Shown here one piece after another: positions 9,669-19,513 of a stretch of 64,000 nt of DNA. Each line of letters begins with the position of its first letter. Positions within the stretch are counted from its first letter, which is position 1. The DNA lies in the NCBI GenBank assembly GCA_965242965.1, contig OZ251518.1, forward strand, positions 1,376,001-1,440,000, in the 5' to 3' direction. The DNA is from Candidatus Poribacteria bacterium. GTDB taxonomy: Bacteria; Poribacteria; WGA-4E; WGA-3G. The notes below the pieces were generated by a model. That model ran no database searches. It saw nothing but the letters and a program-made list of their open reading frames with translations, and was not told where the DNA came from. The translations under genes and the position numbers were made by a program.

Positions 9669-10274
9669 TCACGCCTTTTGGTTCACCATACTCGCAAGGA
9701 TACCGAGGAGTTTGCCGCACTGACTAATATGGTAGGTTGCCATGTCAATGGAGAGTGTCTGTCCCTCTAATTTGAGGAACAGCCACTCTGTCCCCGATGT
9801 GGTGGCCCCATAGACGCACGGAATCTCATTCCCGGCTTCGGCGTTAAAGCGTTGCGCCGCAACCATCTCCGCAACACACTGCCCGAGTCCATCTGTCAGA
9901 CTGTCCTTTTTCGCTTCAACAAGAACGATGACAGGGGCCCTCACAGACATGCGGTTTGTGGACAGACTGACTAAAAAATCGCACACGCCTGTTAGTTCTT
10001 GACTCGCGTCAACGTTGAAATCTACCCCCGAAAAAAGACTGACGCGGCCCTCAAAGAGCTCACAGAGTTCAACGAGAATATCGGCAACAATGAGTTCGGA
10101 TTTCGCCTTCTCGGTATTCATGGCGATGGCTAACGGTGCCTTTTTCGCCAGTCCGGTGGCAAGGTATGCGCTCGGCTCCACCGGTTCTACTTGAGAGAAG
10201 AGTCCGGCTGTCCAGCGCGGATTCAACTGAAATGCTTCCTCTACCTTATCAATAGTAAAGTCGCTATACGCCAT
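9669..10274 (-). CDS. PD-(D/E)XK-like 201-aa protein, array copy 4
   Basis: Family motifs; 606 nt from MAYS. Confidence 0.8.
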   Translation of the reverse strand: MAYSDFTIDKVEEAFQLNPRWTAGLFSQVEPVEPSAYLATGLAKKAPLAIAMNTEKAKSELIVADILVELCELFEGRVSLFSGVDFNVDASQELTGVCDFLVSLSTNRMSVRAPVIVLVEAKKDSLTDGLGQCVAEMVAAQRFNAEAGNEIPCVYGATTSGTEWLFLKLEGQTLSIDMATYHISQCGKLLGILASMVNQKA

Positions 10275-10300
10275 GATGAAAACCCTCCGCCGCTGAAAAG

Positions 10301-10906
10301 TTACGCCTTTTGGTTCACCATACTCGCAAGGATGCCGAGGATTTTGTCGCACCGCTCAATATGGTAGGCTGCCATGTCAATGGAGAGCTGCCGTCCTGCC
10401 AATTTCAGGAACAGCCACTCTGTCCCGGACGTGACAGCCCCATAGACGTAGGGAATGTCATTCGCTTTTTCGGCGTTAAAGCGTTGGGCGGCAACCATCT
10501 CGGCGACACATTGCCCAAGCCCATCTGTCAGACTGTCCTTTTTCGCTTCGACAAGGACAATCACTGGTGCCTTTAAAGAGAATTGTCCCGGCGATAAACT
10601 GAGCACGAAGTCACATACGCCGGACAAGTCATTTGCGGCATCCACGTTGAATTCAATCCCGGAGAAAAGGCTGATGCGGCCGTCAAAATGCTCGCGGAGT
10701 TCAACGAGGATATCAGCGACAATCAGTTCCGACTTTGCCTTCTCCGTGCCGATAGCCTTCGCTAACGGTGCCTTTCTTGCCAAGGATTGGGTAAGGAGTG
10801 CGCTAGGTTCCACCGGTTCACTATCGGCAAAAATGCCGGCAGCACCTATCTCCTCAAGTTGAAAGGTTTCCTCCACCTTGTCTAGGGTAAAACTGCTATA
10901 CGGCAT
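10301..10906 (-). CDS. PD-(D/E)XK-like 201-aa protein, array copy 5
   Basis: Family motifs; 606 nt from MPYS. Confidence 0.8.
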   Translation of the reverse strand: MPYSSFTLDKVEETFQLEEIGAAGIFADSEPVEPSALLTQSLARKAPLAKAIGTEKAKSELIVADILVELREHFDGRISLFSGIEFNVDAANDLSGVCDFVLSLSPGQFSLKAPVIVLVEAKKDSLTDGLGQCVAEMVAAQRFNAEKANDIPYVYGAVTSGTEWLFLKLAGRQLSIDMAAYHIERCDKILGILASMVNQKA

Positions 10907-10945
10907 GATGAAAATACCTCCGATGTTCGGCATCGCGCCGCCATG

Positions 10946-11551
10946 TCATGCTTGCTGCGACACCATACTCGCAAGGATACCGAGGATTTTGTCGCACCGT
11001 TCAAGTGTGTAAACCCTCATATCCACGTGGAGCTGCTGTCCCGTCAATTTCAGGAACCGCCAATTGATGCCTGTGGTAGTGGCACCGTAAACAGACGGAA
11101 TGTCATTCCCTTTTTGGGCATTAAAGCGTTGCGCTGCAATCATCTCCGCCGCACACTGCCCAAGGCCGACTTCCAAATTGTCGTCTTTTGCCTCTACCAG
11201 AATGATGGCAGGAGCCTCTAAAGAAAACTGCCACGGCGACAAACTTACCAGGAAATCACACACGCCTGTCAACTCCTTGTCAGCATCCACAGTAAAATTA
11301 ATGCCGGAAAAAAGACTGACGCGGTGTTCAAAATGCTCGCGGATTTCAATGAGGATTTGGGCGACGATCATTTCCGATTTTGCTTTCTTCGTGCCGATGG
11401 CAGTGGCTAACCACACATTTCTCGCCAACAAGCTCGTCAGAAATTCACTCGGTTTCACCGGTGCCATGTCCGCGAAGATGCCCGTGGCGTTAATTCGTTC
11501 TAATTGAAACGCCTCCTGCACCGTATCAATGGTAAAGTCGCTATACGCCAT
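10946..11551 (-). CDS. PD-(D/E)XK-like 201-aa protein, array copy 6
   Basis: Family motifs; 606 nt. Confidence 0.8.
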   Translation of the reverse strand: MAYSDFTIDTVQEAFQLERINATGIFADMAPVKPSEFLTSLLARNVWLATAIGTKKAKSEMIVAQILIEIREHFEHRVSLFSGINFTVDADKELTGVCDFLVSLSPWQFSLEAPAIILVEAKDDNLEVGLGQCAAEMIAAQRFNAQKGNDIPSVYGATTTGINWRFLKLTGQQLHVDMRVYTLERCDKILGILASMVSQQA

Positions 11552-11590
11552 GATGAGAACCCCTCTGTTGTTAGGCGACGCACGGACACG

Positions 11591-12196
11591 TCACGCCTGC
11601 TGCGACACCATACTCGTAAGGATACCGAGGATTTTGTCACACTGCGCAATAGGGTAGGTGCCCAAATCAATGGAGAGTGTCTGCCCTGCCAATTTCAGGA
11701 ACAGCCACTCTGTCCCCGATGTGGTGGCACCATAGACGCACGGAATGTCATTGCCGGCATCCGCATTAAAGCGTTGCGCCGCAACCATCTCCGCAGCGCA
11801 TTGCCCAACGCCTAGTTTCACATCTGCATTTTTCGCTTCAACCAGCGCGATGACAGGGGCCTCCAAATCAAAGTGCTGGGGCGACAGACTCACCAAAAAA
11901 TCACATACGCCTGTCAGTTCGTTTGTCGCATCGACGTTGAAATCAATGCCCGAAAACAGACTCACCCGGTCGGCAAAGCGTAAGCAGAGCTCCACCAGCA
12001 CCGGCGCGATAATCAGTTCCGATTTCGCCTTCTCCGTCCCCATCGTTAGCGCAAACGGCAAATGCCGCTCCAAGAGCGTGGTGAGTTCTGCACTCGGCTC
12101 CACCGGTTCACTGCCAGCAAAGATGCCTCGCTTCTGAACCAATTCTAGATGAAAAGCGCGCGATACTTTGCTGAGGGTAAAACTACTATATGCCAT
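11591..12196 (-). CDS. PD-(D/E)XK-like 201-aa protein, array copy 7
   Basis: Family motifs; 606 nt from MAYS. Confidence 0.8.
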   Translation of the reverse strand: MAYSSFTLSKVSRAFHLELVQKRGIFAGSEPVEPSAELTTLLERHLPFALTMGTEKAKSELIIAPVLVELCLRFADRVSLFSGIDFNVDATNELTGVCDFLVSLSPQHFDLEAPVIALVEAKNADVKLGVGQCAAEMVAAQRFNADAGNDIPCVYGATTSGTEWLFLKLAGQTLSIDLGTYPIAQCDKILGILTSMVSQQA

Positions 12197-12234
12197 GATA
12201 AAAAGCCTCCGCTGTTCGGCAGCGCGCCGCCAAA

Positions 12235-12840
12235 TCATGCCTCCTGCGATACCATACTCGCGAGAATGCCCAAGATTTTGGCGCATTGTGTCAGTTGGTA
12301 AGGGGATGCGTCAATGGAGAGTGTCTGTCCCTCTAACTTGAGGAATAGCCAATCTAATCCCGATGTGGTGGCCCCATAGACGCACGGGATATCATTCCCC
12401 TTTTCGGCATTGAAGCGTTGGGCGGCTACCATCTCCGCAACACATTGCCCGAGTCCATCTGTCAGACTGTCCTTTTTCGCCTCAACAAGGATGATAACGG
12501 GGGCTTCCAACACATAGGCATCTGCCGACAGGCTCACTAAAAAGTCGCACACGCCCACTAATTTAGCATCAATATCTACGTTGAAGTCAATCCCCGAAAA
12601 AAGACTCACCCGGTTGTCAAAGTGCTCACAAAGTTCAACGAGCACTTGCGCGACAATCAACTCGGACTTCGCCTTCTCTGTGGCCATGGACAGCGCGTGG
12701 GACACATTGCGCGCCAATATTGCCGCGAGTAGCGCGCTCGGTTCCACCGGTTCACTGTCTGCAAAGAGACCTTTCGTTCGGACTATTTCTAGTTTAAACG
12801 TTTCCATAGCGGCAGCTAAGGTAAAACTGCTATATGCCAT
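12235..12840 (-). CDS. PD-(D/E)XK-like 201-aa protein, array copy 8
   Basis: Family motifs; 606 nt. Confidence 0.8.
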   Translation of the reverse strand: MAYSSFTLAAAMETFKLEIVRTKGLFADSEPVEPSALLAAILARNVSHALSMATEKAKSELIVAQVLVELCEHFDNRVSLFSGIDFNVDIDAKLVGVCDFLVSLSADAYVLEAPVIILVEAKKDSLTDGLGQCVAEMVAAQRFNAEKGNDIPCVYGATTSGLDWLFLKLEGQTLSIDASPYQLTQCAKILGILASMVSQEA

Positions 12841-12879
12841 GATGAAAAGCCCTCCGCTGTTCGGTAGCGCGCCGACACG

Positions 12880-13485
12880 TCATGCCTGCTGCGACACCAT
12901 ACTCGTAAGGATACCCAGGAGTTTGTCGCACTGACTAATATAGTAGGGTGCCAAGTCAATGGAGAGTGTCTGTCCCTCCAATTTCAGGAACAGCCAATCT
13001 AACCCAGACGTAGTCGCACCATAAATGCACGGAACGTCATTCCCCGCCTCGGCGTTAAAGCGTTGCGCCGCAACCATCTCCGCAACACACTGCCCGACAC
13101 CCTGCTTCACATCCGCATTTTTCGCCTCGACGAGCGCGATGACGGGAGCCTCCAACTCAAACGTCTCCGGCGACAGACTCACTAAAAAATCACACACACC
13201 TGCCAATCCGTTGGTGGCATCGACGTTGAAGTCAATCCCCGAAAAAAGACTCACCCGGTTGTCGAAGTGTAAGCAGAGCTCCACGAGAACCGGCGCGACA
13301 ACCATCTCCGATTTCGCCTTCTCTGTCCCCATCGCCAACGCAAACGGCAAATTCCGCTTCAGCGTCGCAGAAAGATGGGCACTCGGCTCCACCGGTTCAA
13401 TACCGGCAAAGAGCCCAAATCTCCGAACTGTCTCAAGGTGAAAGGTTCTTGACACCTTGCCTAGCGTAAAGTTGCTGTACGCCAT
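12880..13485 (-). CDS. PD-(D/E)XK-like 201-aa protein, array copy 9
   Basis: Family motifs; 606 nt from MAYS. Confidence 0.8.
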   Translation of the reverse strand: MAYSNFTLGKVSRTFHLETVRRFGLFAGIEPVEPSAHLSATLKRNLPFALAMGTEKAKSEMVVAPVLVELCLHFDNRVSLFSGIDFNVDATNGLAGVCDFLVSLSPETFELEAPVIALVEAKNADVKQGVGQCVAEMVAAQRFNAEAGNDVPCIYGATTSGLDWLFLKLEGQTLSIDLAPYYISQCDKLLGILTSMVSQQA

Positions 13486-13513
13486 AATGAAAACACCTCC
13501 GTTACTGAAGAAT

Positions 13514-14119
13514 TTACGCCTGCTGTGATACCATACTCGCAAGGATACCCAGAATCTTATCGCAACGCGCGATAGGATAGGCACCCAAGTCTATCGAGAG
13601 CGTCTTTCCTGCCAACTTGAGGAACAGCCAATTGAATCCGGACGTGGTGGCACCATAGACGCACGGGATATCATTCCCCTTTTCGGCGTTAAAACGTTGC
13701 ACCGCAACCATCTCGGCAACACACTGCCCAAGTCCATATGTCAGACTGTCCTTTTTCGCTTCAACGAGGATAATGGCCGGGGCCTCTACTTCAAACGCCT
13801 GGGGCGGCAGACTCACCAAAAAATCACACACACCCATCAAACCGTTGGTGGCATCAACGTTGAAGTCAATCCCCGAAAAAAGACTCACCCGGTCGGCAAA
13901 GTGCAAGCAGAGTTCCACGAGAATGTCCGCGACAATCAACTCCGATTTCGCCTTCTCCGTCCCCATCGCCACCGCAAACGGCAGTTTACGCTCCAAGGCC
14001 GCGGTGAGATGTTCACTCGGTGCCACGGGTTCAATATCCGCAAAGATGCCGCGCCGCCGAATCGTTTCCAGTTGAAAGGTGCGCGACACTTGGCTGAGGG
14101 TAAAACTCCTATACGCCAT
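13514..14119 (-). CDS. PD-(D/E)XK-like 201-aa protein, array copy 10
   Basis: Family motifs; 606 nt from MAYR. Confidence 0.8.
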   Translation of the reverse strand: MAYRSFTLSQVSRTFQLETIRRRGIFADIEPVAPSEHLTAALERKLPFAVAMGTEKAKSELIVADILVELCLHFADRVSLFSGIDFNVDATNGLMGVCDFLVSLPPQAFEVEAPAIILVEAKKDSLTYGLGQCVAEMVAVQRFNAEKGNDIPCVYGATTSGFNWLFLKLAGKTLSIDLGAYPIARCDKILGILASMVSQQA

Positions 14120-14145
14120 CAGGAAAAACCTCCGCTGATGAAAAG

Positions 14146-14751
14146 TCACGCCGCCTGCGATACCATACTCGTAAGGATACCCAAAATCTTGTCGCATTGC
14201 ACAAGTTGGTAGACTGTCATGTCAATGGAGAGTGTTTGTCCCTCCAATTTCAGGAAGAACCACTCTGTCCCCGATGTGGTGGCACCATAGACACACGGAA
14301 TGTCATTGCCCGCATCCGTGTTGAAACGTTGCGCCGCAACCATCTCCGCGACACATTGCCCAAGCCCATCGGTGAGACTATCCCTTTTCGCTTCAACGAG
14401 GATAATGGCCGGTGCCTCTACTTCAAAGGCCTGGGGAGACAGACTCACCAAAAAATCACACACACCCATCAAACCGTTGGTGGCATCCACATTGAAGTCA
14501 ATCCCTGAAAAAAGACTCACGCGATTGTCGAAGTGTAAGCAGAGCTCCACCAGCACCTGCGCGACAACCATCTCCGATTTCGCCTTCTCTGTCCCCATCG
14601 TTAGCGCAAACGGCAGATTGCGCTCCAGGACCATGGTAAGTTGCGCACTTGGCTCTACCGGTTCAATGCCAGCAAAGATACCACGCTTCCGAATCGTCTC
14701 AAGGTGAAAAGTCTTTGACACCTTGCCTAGGGTAAAACTGCTATACGCCAT
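14146..14751 (-). CDS. PD-(D/E)XK-like 201-aa protein, array copy 11
   Basis: Family motifs; 606 nt. Confidence 0.8.
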   Translation of the reverse strand: MAYSSFTLGKVSKTFHLETIRKRGIFAGIEPVEPSAQLTMVLERNLPFALTMGTEKAKSEMVVAQVLVELCLHFDNRVSLFSGIDFNVDATNGLMGVCDFLVSLSPQAFEVEAPAIILVEAKRDSLTDGLGQCVAEMVAAQRFNTDAGNDIPCVYGATTSGTEWFFLKLEGQTLSIDMTVYQLVQCDKILGILTSMVSQAA

Positions 14752-14778
14752 GATGAGAAGACCTCCCTTTTCATCCGA

Positions 14779-15384
14779 CTATGCCTGCTGCGACACCATA
14801 CTCACAAGGATACCGAGGAGTTTGCCGCACTGACTAATATGGTAGGTTGCCATGTCAATGGAGAGTGCCTGTCCCTCTAATTTCAGGAACAGCCACTCTG
14901 TCCCCGATGTGGTGGCACCATAGACGCACGGAATGTCATTGCCGGCATCCGCATTAAAGCGTTGCGCCGCAACCATCTCCGCCGCGCACTGCCCAACGCC
15001 TAGTTTCACATCCGCATTTTTCGCCTCAACCAGCGCGATGACAGGGGCCTCCAAATCAAAGCGCTGCGGCGACAGACTCACCAAAAAATCACATACGCCT
15101 GTCAGTTCGTTTGCCGCATCGACGTTGAAGTCAATCCCCGAAAAAAGACTCACCCGGTTTTCAAAGTGCAAGCACAACTCAATCAGAATCTGAGCAACGA
15201 TCAACTCCGATTTCGCCTTCTCTGTCCCCATCGCCAGCGCAAACGGCAGATTCCGCTTGAGGACAGCGGCGAGTTCTTCGCTCGGCTCCACCGGTTCAAT
15301 GTCCGCAAAGAGTGCCGGCTGCCAAACTGTCTCCAACTGAAAGGTGCGCGACACTTTGCCTAACGTGAAACTACTATACGCCAT
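14779..15384 (-). CDS. PD-(D/E)XK-like 201-aa protein, array copy 12
   Basis: Family motifs; 606 nt. Confidence 0.8.
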   Translation of the reverse strand: MAYSSFTLGKVSRTFQLETVWQPALFADIEPVEPSEELAAVLKRNLPFALAMGTEKAKSELIVAQILIELCLHFENRVSLFSGIDFNVDAANELTGVCDFLVSLSPQRFDLEAPVIALVEAKNADVKLGVGQCAAEMVAAQRFNADAGNDIPCVYGATTSGTEWLFLKLEGQALSIDMATYHISQCGKLLGILVSMVSQQA

Positions 15385-15411
15385 GATGAGAAAACCTCAC
15401 TTTTCATCCGA

Positions 15412-16017
15412 CTATACCTGCTGCGATACCATACTCGCTAGGATGCCCAAGATCTTGTCGCACCGCTCAATATGGTAGGCTGCCATGTCAACGGAGAGCG
15501 TCTGTCCCTCCAATTTCAGGAACAGCCACTCTGTCCCCGACGTGGTGGCACCATAGACGCACGGGATATCATTCCCCTTTTCGACGTTAAAGCGTTGGGC
15601 GGCAACCATCTCCGCAACACACTGCCCAAGCCCATCCTTGAGACTATCCTTTTTCGCCTCCACCAATACGATGACAGGGGCTTTCAGAGACATTTGGTTC
15701 GGCGACAGACTCACCAAAAAATCGCAAACCCCCGTTAACTTGTTTTCGGCATCGACGTTGAAATCAATCCCCGAAAACAGACTCACGCGCCTGTCAAAGT
15801 GCTCACAAAGCTCAATCAGAATATCCGCAACGATAAGTTCCGACTTCGCCTTCTCTGTCCCAATAGCGACGGCTATCGGGGCCTTTTTCGCCAAGCCGGT
15901 GGTAAGATACGCACTCGGCTCCACCGAGGGTGCTTCAGAAAAGATGCCGCTCCTCCAAAGCGTCTCCAACTGAAATGCTTCCTCCACCATATCTATTGTA
16001 AAGTCGCTATACGCCAT
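15412..16017 (-). CDS. PD-(D/E)XK-like 201-aa protein, array copy 13 (first transcribed)
   Basis: Family motifs; 606 nt from MAYS; GGAGG RBS. Confidence 0.8.
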   Translation of the reverse strand: MAYSDFTIDMVEEAFQLETLWRSGIFSEAPSVEPSAYLTTGLAKKAPIAVAIGTEKAKSELIVADILIELCEHFDRRVSLFSGIDFNVDAENKLTGVCDFLVSLSPNQMSLKAPVIVLVEAKKDSLKDGLGQCVAEMVAAQRFNVEKGNDIPCVYGATTSGTEWLFLKLEGQTLSVDMAAYHIERCDKILGILASMVSQQV

Positions 16018-16055
16018 GATGAGAAAACCCTCCCAGATGCTATCTCTGTATTTAT

Positions 16056-16084
16056 AGTATAACCTATTTCTCAGCAAAATGCAA
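16056..16084 (-). promoter_or_regulatory. sigma70-type promoter heading the 13-gene array
   Basis: Minus strand TTGCAT-17 nt-TATACT, about 40 nt before the first ATG. Confidence 0.6.
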
Positions 16085-16231
16085 GCAAAATTAAACGAGG
16101 ATGTTTCATAACTCCGTTTCGGTATTTATTCCCCCTTGGGGCGCGGGCGAATATCGCGCCCTCATCGAGACCAGGAGGTCTCTCCTACCGGGAAAACATC
16201 AAGCCCCAAGCGAAAACGAAAACGGCCTAAC

Positions 16232-19126
16232 TTACGATTTCTTCCCACCGTGAATACTCGGCTCACGGCACAGCATCCGCCGTAATAGCGCAAGCCCCTC
16301 ATACACATCAGGACGCGCCGCCGCCGAAATACCGAGCACCTCCGATAACAACAGCCCATCCAACTCCCACCGATTTTCATCGCGCTTGCCATCACTATCC
16401 ATCTCATTAAACGGACGCAACTCCCGATGTTTCAACGCATGGAAAACCCGCTCGGCACTCGCTAAAGCGGCATCGGAGAGCTCGCGGACATCTAGCGTCG
16501 GCATCGAATCAAACGCCGCGCGACTGAGTTCACCCCTCCCCTGCTTTTGCTTACTGCTATGATACCAGTGGCAAAGCAAGCCGAACGTTGAATTGCACCA
16601 CAACGTCCACGCATACTCGTATCTTCCATCGGCGAAATATACGTTAGGAATTAAAGCGATGCCGAGAGCCTTCTCTTCGGTGAACATCACCGCCAATGAA
16701 TTCGCATTGAACGTCATCGCTAGATTATAGTGCACGCGGCTGTTCAGTTTCAAGATGCGCTGCACCTTTTCCGCCATGTTCGGCCGCGGGATAGCGTGAG
16801 CATCAGGTGCAACTACCAGCATTCGCTGCGAGTCTGAATCCAGATGCCACAGTGCCGGATACTGCGCGGTGTCAAGACACCCTTTCACAACGTCAAACGT
16901 GCCTCTGCCGCCACCACCGTATATATCCTTAGGGCCCGTTCCGAGCGTCCCGATTTCGGACGCGGCACAAATCGGAAGGGAGATATCCGAAGTCTGTCGC
17001 GGCAGCCGCAACACACCGTTCGCGAGGTGATACGCTGATTGAACGGCAATCATGTCTTTGACACGCGTGACGGGCCAACCGTTGTTACTTTCAGGTAAGC
17101 GCGCGGTGATAACATGTCCTATCGTCTCATCGCCTAACTTGAGCGGCGTGCCGCCGCCGAGCACATCCTCGTCAAGCCGACGGCTCTCCCGAGGCAGATA
17201 GATTTGCTTTGCAAATTCTTGTGCCTCTAATGCGTCACGCGGACATCTTTCAAGGCAGACGAATGTCGCGCTGCCGCTATTTTCTCCCTTCCCCTTCGTT
17301 GCAACGACGAGACATTCCGCCATTCCCGTATCCGCCGAAAAAGAGCATGCCTCAATTTTCGGATTCGCGATGCTGATGACAAGCACATCGTGATACTCCG
17401 TCGCCCACATTCTGCGCACCTTATACCAACTATCTCCAGCGATGGCTGTCAGTGGTAACACAAACGCCATTTTGCCTTTCGGTTTGAGCATCCTATCTGC
17501 GAGATCGATGAAGTGCGCACCGAGCCCGGTGTTGTTGCCGGAGAGGCGGGATTTCTGGAATGAGAGCGTTTTCCGCATCGCCGCCGCAACTTTTTTGTCG
17601 CCGAAGATATTCTTCGGTATGTTTGCACTCGGGTCTGCACTGCGCGTATAAGGCGGATTTTGGATGACAATATCCATCTCGCCGTGCCGAAAGGCTTGCT
17701 GGAGGTTCGTCGTCTCCATTCCGTGTCCTGTCGCCATCTCTGCAGTGCCTAATGTGAGCGGCAGCGTTCCGCCCGGGTCGCGCAGTAAATTCAGCGCGCC
17801 GATACCGTAGAGCCCATCTTCGCGCGGCGTGCCGTAAGGCATCGTGTGGATGCGCGTGGAGCCGATGCGCGTTTCGGGTTGCGTGCTCGCGGTGATGGCC
17901 GCCGTGAGATGCACCGCATTCAGCAAAATGTCACATCCAACGAGATTCCGTTCCATCATCTGTTGATGGATGTCCGCCGCGTCGCCGCCTGCTTGTTCGT
18001 GCAACATGCGGATGCGTTGATATACGCCGTTGAGGAGAGAACCGGTGCCGCAGGCGAAATCGCCTATCTTCGGGAGGACATCGATATCCTCGTTCAACTC
18101 CGGTAAAACTAGCGCGCAGAGCAGTGCCGAAGATTCGGGGCGCGTGTAGTTCGCCTTGATAATCTTCCGGTTGGTGATGAGTCTTTGGAAGACAATGCCA
18201 GCGAGTTCGTGTTCCTGTGCCAATATCTTCCTCTCCAAATCGCGCGCCGTATTCCGAAGCACGTTTAGCACCTTGCCTACGAGTTTATCATCGGCACTGA
18301 GAATCTGGACGAGTTGATAGGCGACGTTGAAAATTGGCGCGTAGTTTACTTTTTGAATAGTCCGCCACGCTTTTAGCACCTCATCAGAGTCCAATTGCCC
18401 GTAATCGGCGATGAGTTCGCTAAGCGACGGGACATTCTCCAGTGCTGGCGTTCGGCCGAGGTAACTTTGGAAAACGAGCGCGTTGCTAATGATAAGCATC
18501 GCCATCTGGTTCGTCTGTTCGCCCGGTTCCTGCACGAGGAGCTTTCCGATTTTTTCACTGAGTTGGGGCCTTTGCTGGAGCGCGCTGTCAACGATGGCGG
18601 CGGCGCGCCGGATGCCGTGTTCCAAAATCTCGGAGGCTTGCGCTATCTTCGCAATGGGTGTAGCACCGATAGTCATGGCAGTCGCAATATCGGTGATGCT
18701 CCCTGCCAGCCAACCGCTTTCGGGGAAGCGGTGCGGTTCATCAACGTTCAGCAAAATATAGCGGAACGCCTGCGATGCTTCAAGGTTCGCGCGAATTTCG
18801 TCCCGCGGCATCGTCCGGAACTCGTGGGGGATGCGAATCGCGATGGCACCCGCGACCGGCTGCAATGTTGACTGCAGCGTTTTGCCGAGGTAATGCGTGC
18901 GCGCCTGTTCTTCACCGGTTTCGTTCGCGCTTCGTGCGTGATCCATTTTCACCTCAACGGCGAGTGGATATCGTTCGGTGGTTCGGACAATCGCATCCGG
19001 CTTCCTATCATTTTCGACGAGTGGGCTCGGAGTCTGCTCATCAATCTCCCATTTTGAACGCATCGGCGTTAAGATGTCAAGGAACATCGTGGTGATGGTA
19101 TCTTCGCTGTTGCGGTGTTGGTTCAT
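16232..19126 (-). CDS. Fused restriction endonuclease / amino-methyltransferase (type IIG/IIL-like)
   Basis: N-terminal KPDAIV...AVEVK (PD..ExK); motif I GDFACGTG; motif IV QNPPY; long C-terminal TRD-like region. Alternative TTG start at 19147. Confidence 0.82.
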   Translation of the reverse strand: MNQHRNSEDTITTMFLDILTPMRSKWEIDEQTPSPLVENDRKPDAIVRTTERYPLAVEVKMDHARSANETGEEQARTHYLGKTLQSTLQPVAGAIAIRIPHEFRTMPRDEIRANLEASQAFRYILLNVDEPHRFPESGWLAGSITDIATAMTIGATPIAKIAQASEILEHGIRRAAAIVDSALQQRPQLSEKIGKLLVQEPGEQTNQMAMLIISNALVFQSYLGRTPALENVPSLSELIADYGQLDSDEVLKAWRTIQKVNYAPIFNVAYQLVQILSADDKLVGKVLNVLRNTARDLERKILAQEHELAGIVFQRLITNRKIIKANYTRPESSALLCALVLPELNEDIDVLPKIGDFACGTGSLLNGVYQRIRMLHEQAGGDAADIHQQMMERNLVGCDILLNAVHLTAAITASTQPETRIGSTRIHTMPYGTPREDGLYGIGALNLLRDPGGTLPLTLGTAEMATGHGMETTNLQQAFRHGEMDIVIQNPPYTRSADPSANIPKNIFGDKKVAAAMRKTLSFQKSRLSGNNTGLGAHFIDLADRMLKPKGKMAFVLPLTAIAGDSWYKVRRMWATEYHDVLVISIANPKIEACSFSADTGMAECLVVATKGKGENSGSATFVCLERCPRDALEAQEFAKQIYLPRESRRLDEDVLGGGTPLKLGDETIGHVITARLPESNNGWPVTRVKDMIAVQSAYHLANGVLRLPRQTSDISLPICAASEIGTLGTGPKDIYGGGGRGTFDVVKGCLDTAQYPALWHLDSDSQRMLVVAPDAHAIPRPNMAEKVQRILKLNSRVHYNLAMTFNANSLAVMFTEEKALGIALIPNVYFADGRYEYAWTLWCNSTFGLLCHWYHSSKQKQGRGELSRAAFDSMPTLDVRELSDAALASAERVFHALKHRELRPFNEMDSDGKRDENRWELDGLLLSEVLGISAAARPDVYEGLALLRRMLCREPSIHGGKKS

Positions 19127-19154
19127 GCTATTTTCCTTCTTCGGCAATTATAGT

Positions 19155-19410
19155 GAGGGTGTTTCATATCTCGTTGGCTTCCCCGTAGGCGAGACCTCCC
19201 GGTCTCGATTGCTCCCGGTAGGCGAGACCTCCTGGTCTCGATTGTCCCTCCCGTTCTCGATGTAGTGCGTATCGGGACAAGGATGTCCCTCCTACCTGTC
19301 GCGACAAATACCCGTAGGAGAGACCTCCCGGTCTCGATGTGGGGTGTATCGGGACAAGGATGTCCCTCCTACCCAAATACCTGTAGGCGAGACCTCCCGG
19401 TCTCAATTGC
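19155..19410. repeat. REP-like cluster
   Basis: GAGGGTGTTTCATA, then four GTAGG(C/A)GAGACCTCC(C/T)GGTCTC and two ATCGGGACAAGGATGTCCCTCCTAC copies. Confidence 0.85.
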
Positions 19411-19513
19411 TGCCCCCCGGAACTCCACCTACAAAGAGCCGCGCCAAACGAGTGGTAAAAAAACCGCAAACCTGCTATAATCTCTAAAAACCCACCTTCA
19501 GGAGAATCACACT

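Noticed and set aside
7756-16017. Integron cassette array
   Set aside because: Spacers of 26-40 nt are too short for attC sites and are essentially RBS regions; all genes are paralogs; no integrase is seen.
7747-16062. Recurrent plus-strand ORFs (MSFPASALKRCAATISATHC...)
   Set aside because: They are antisense shadows of the repeated minus-strand genes; the same applies at 48285 and 49014.
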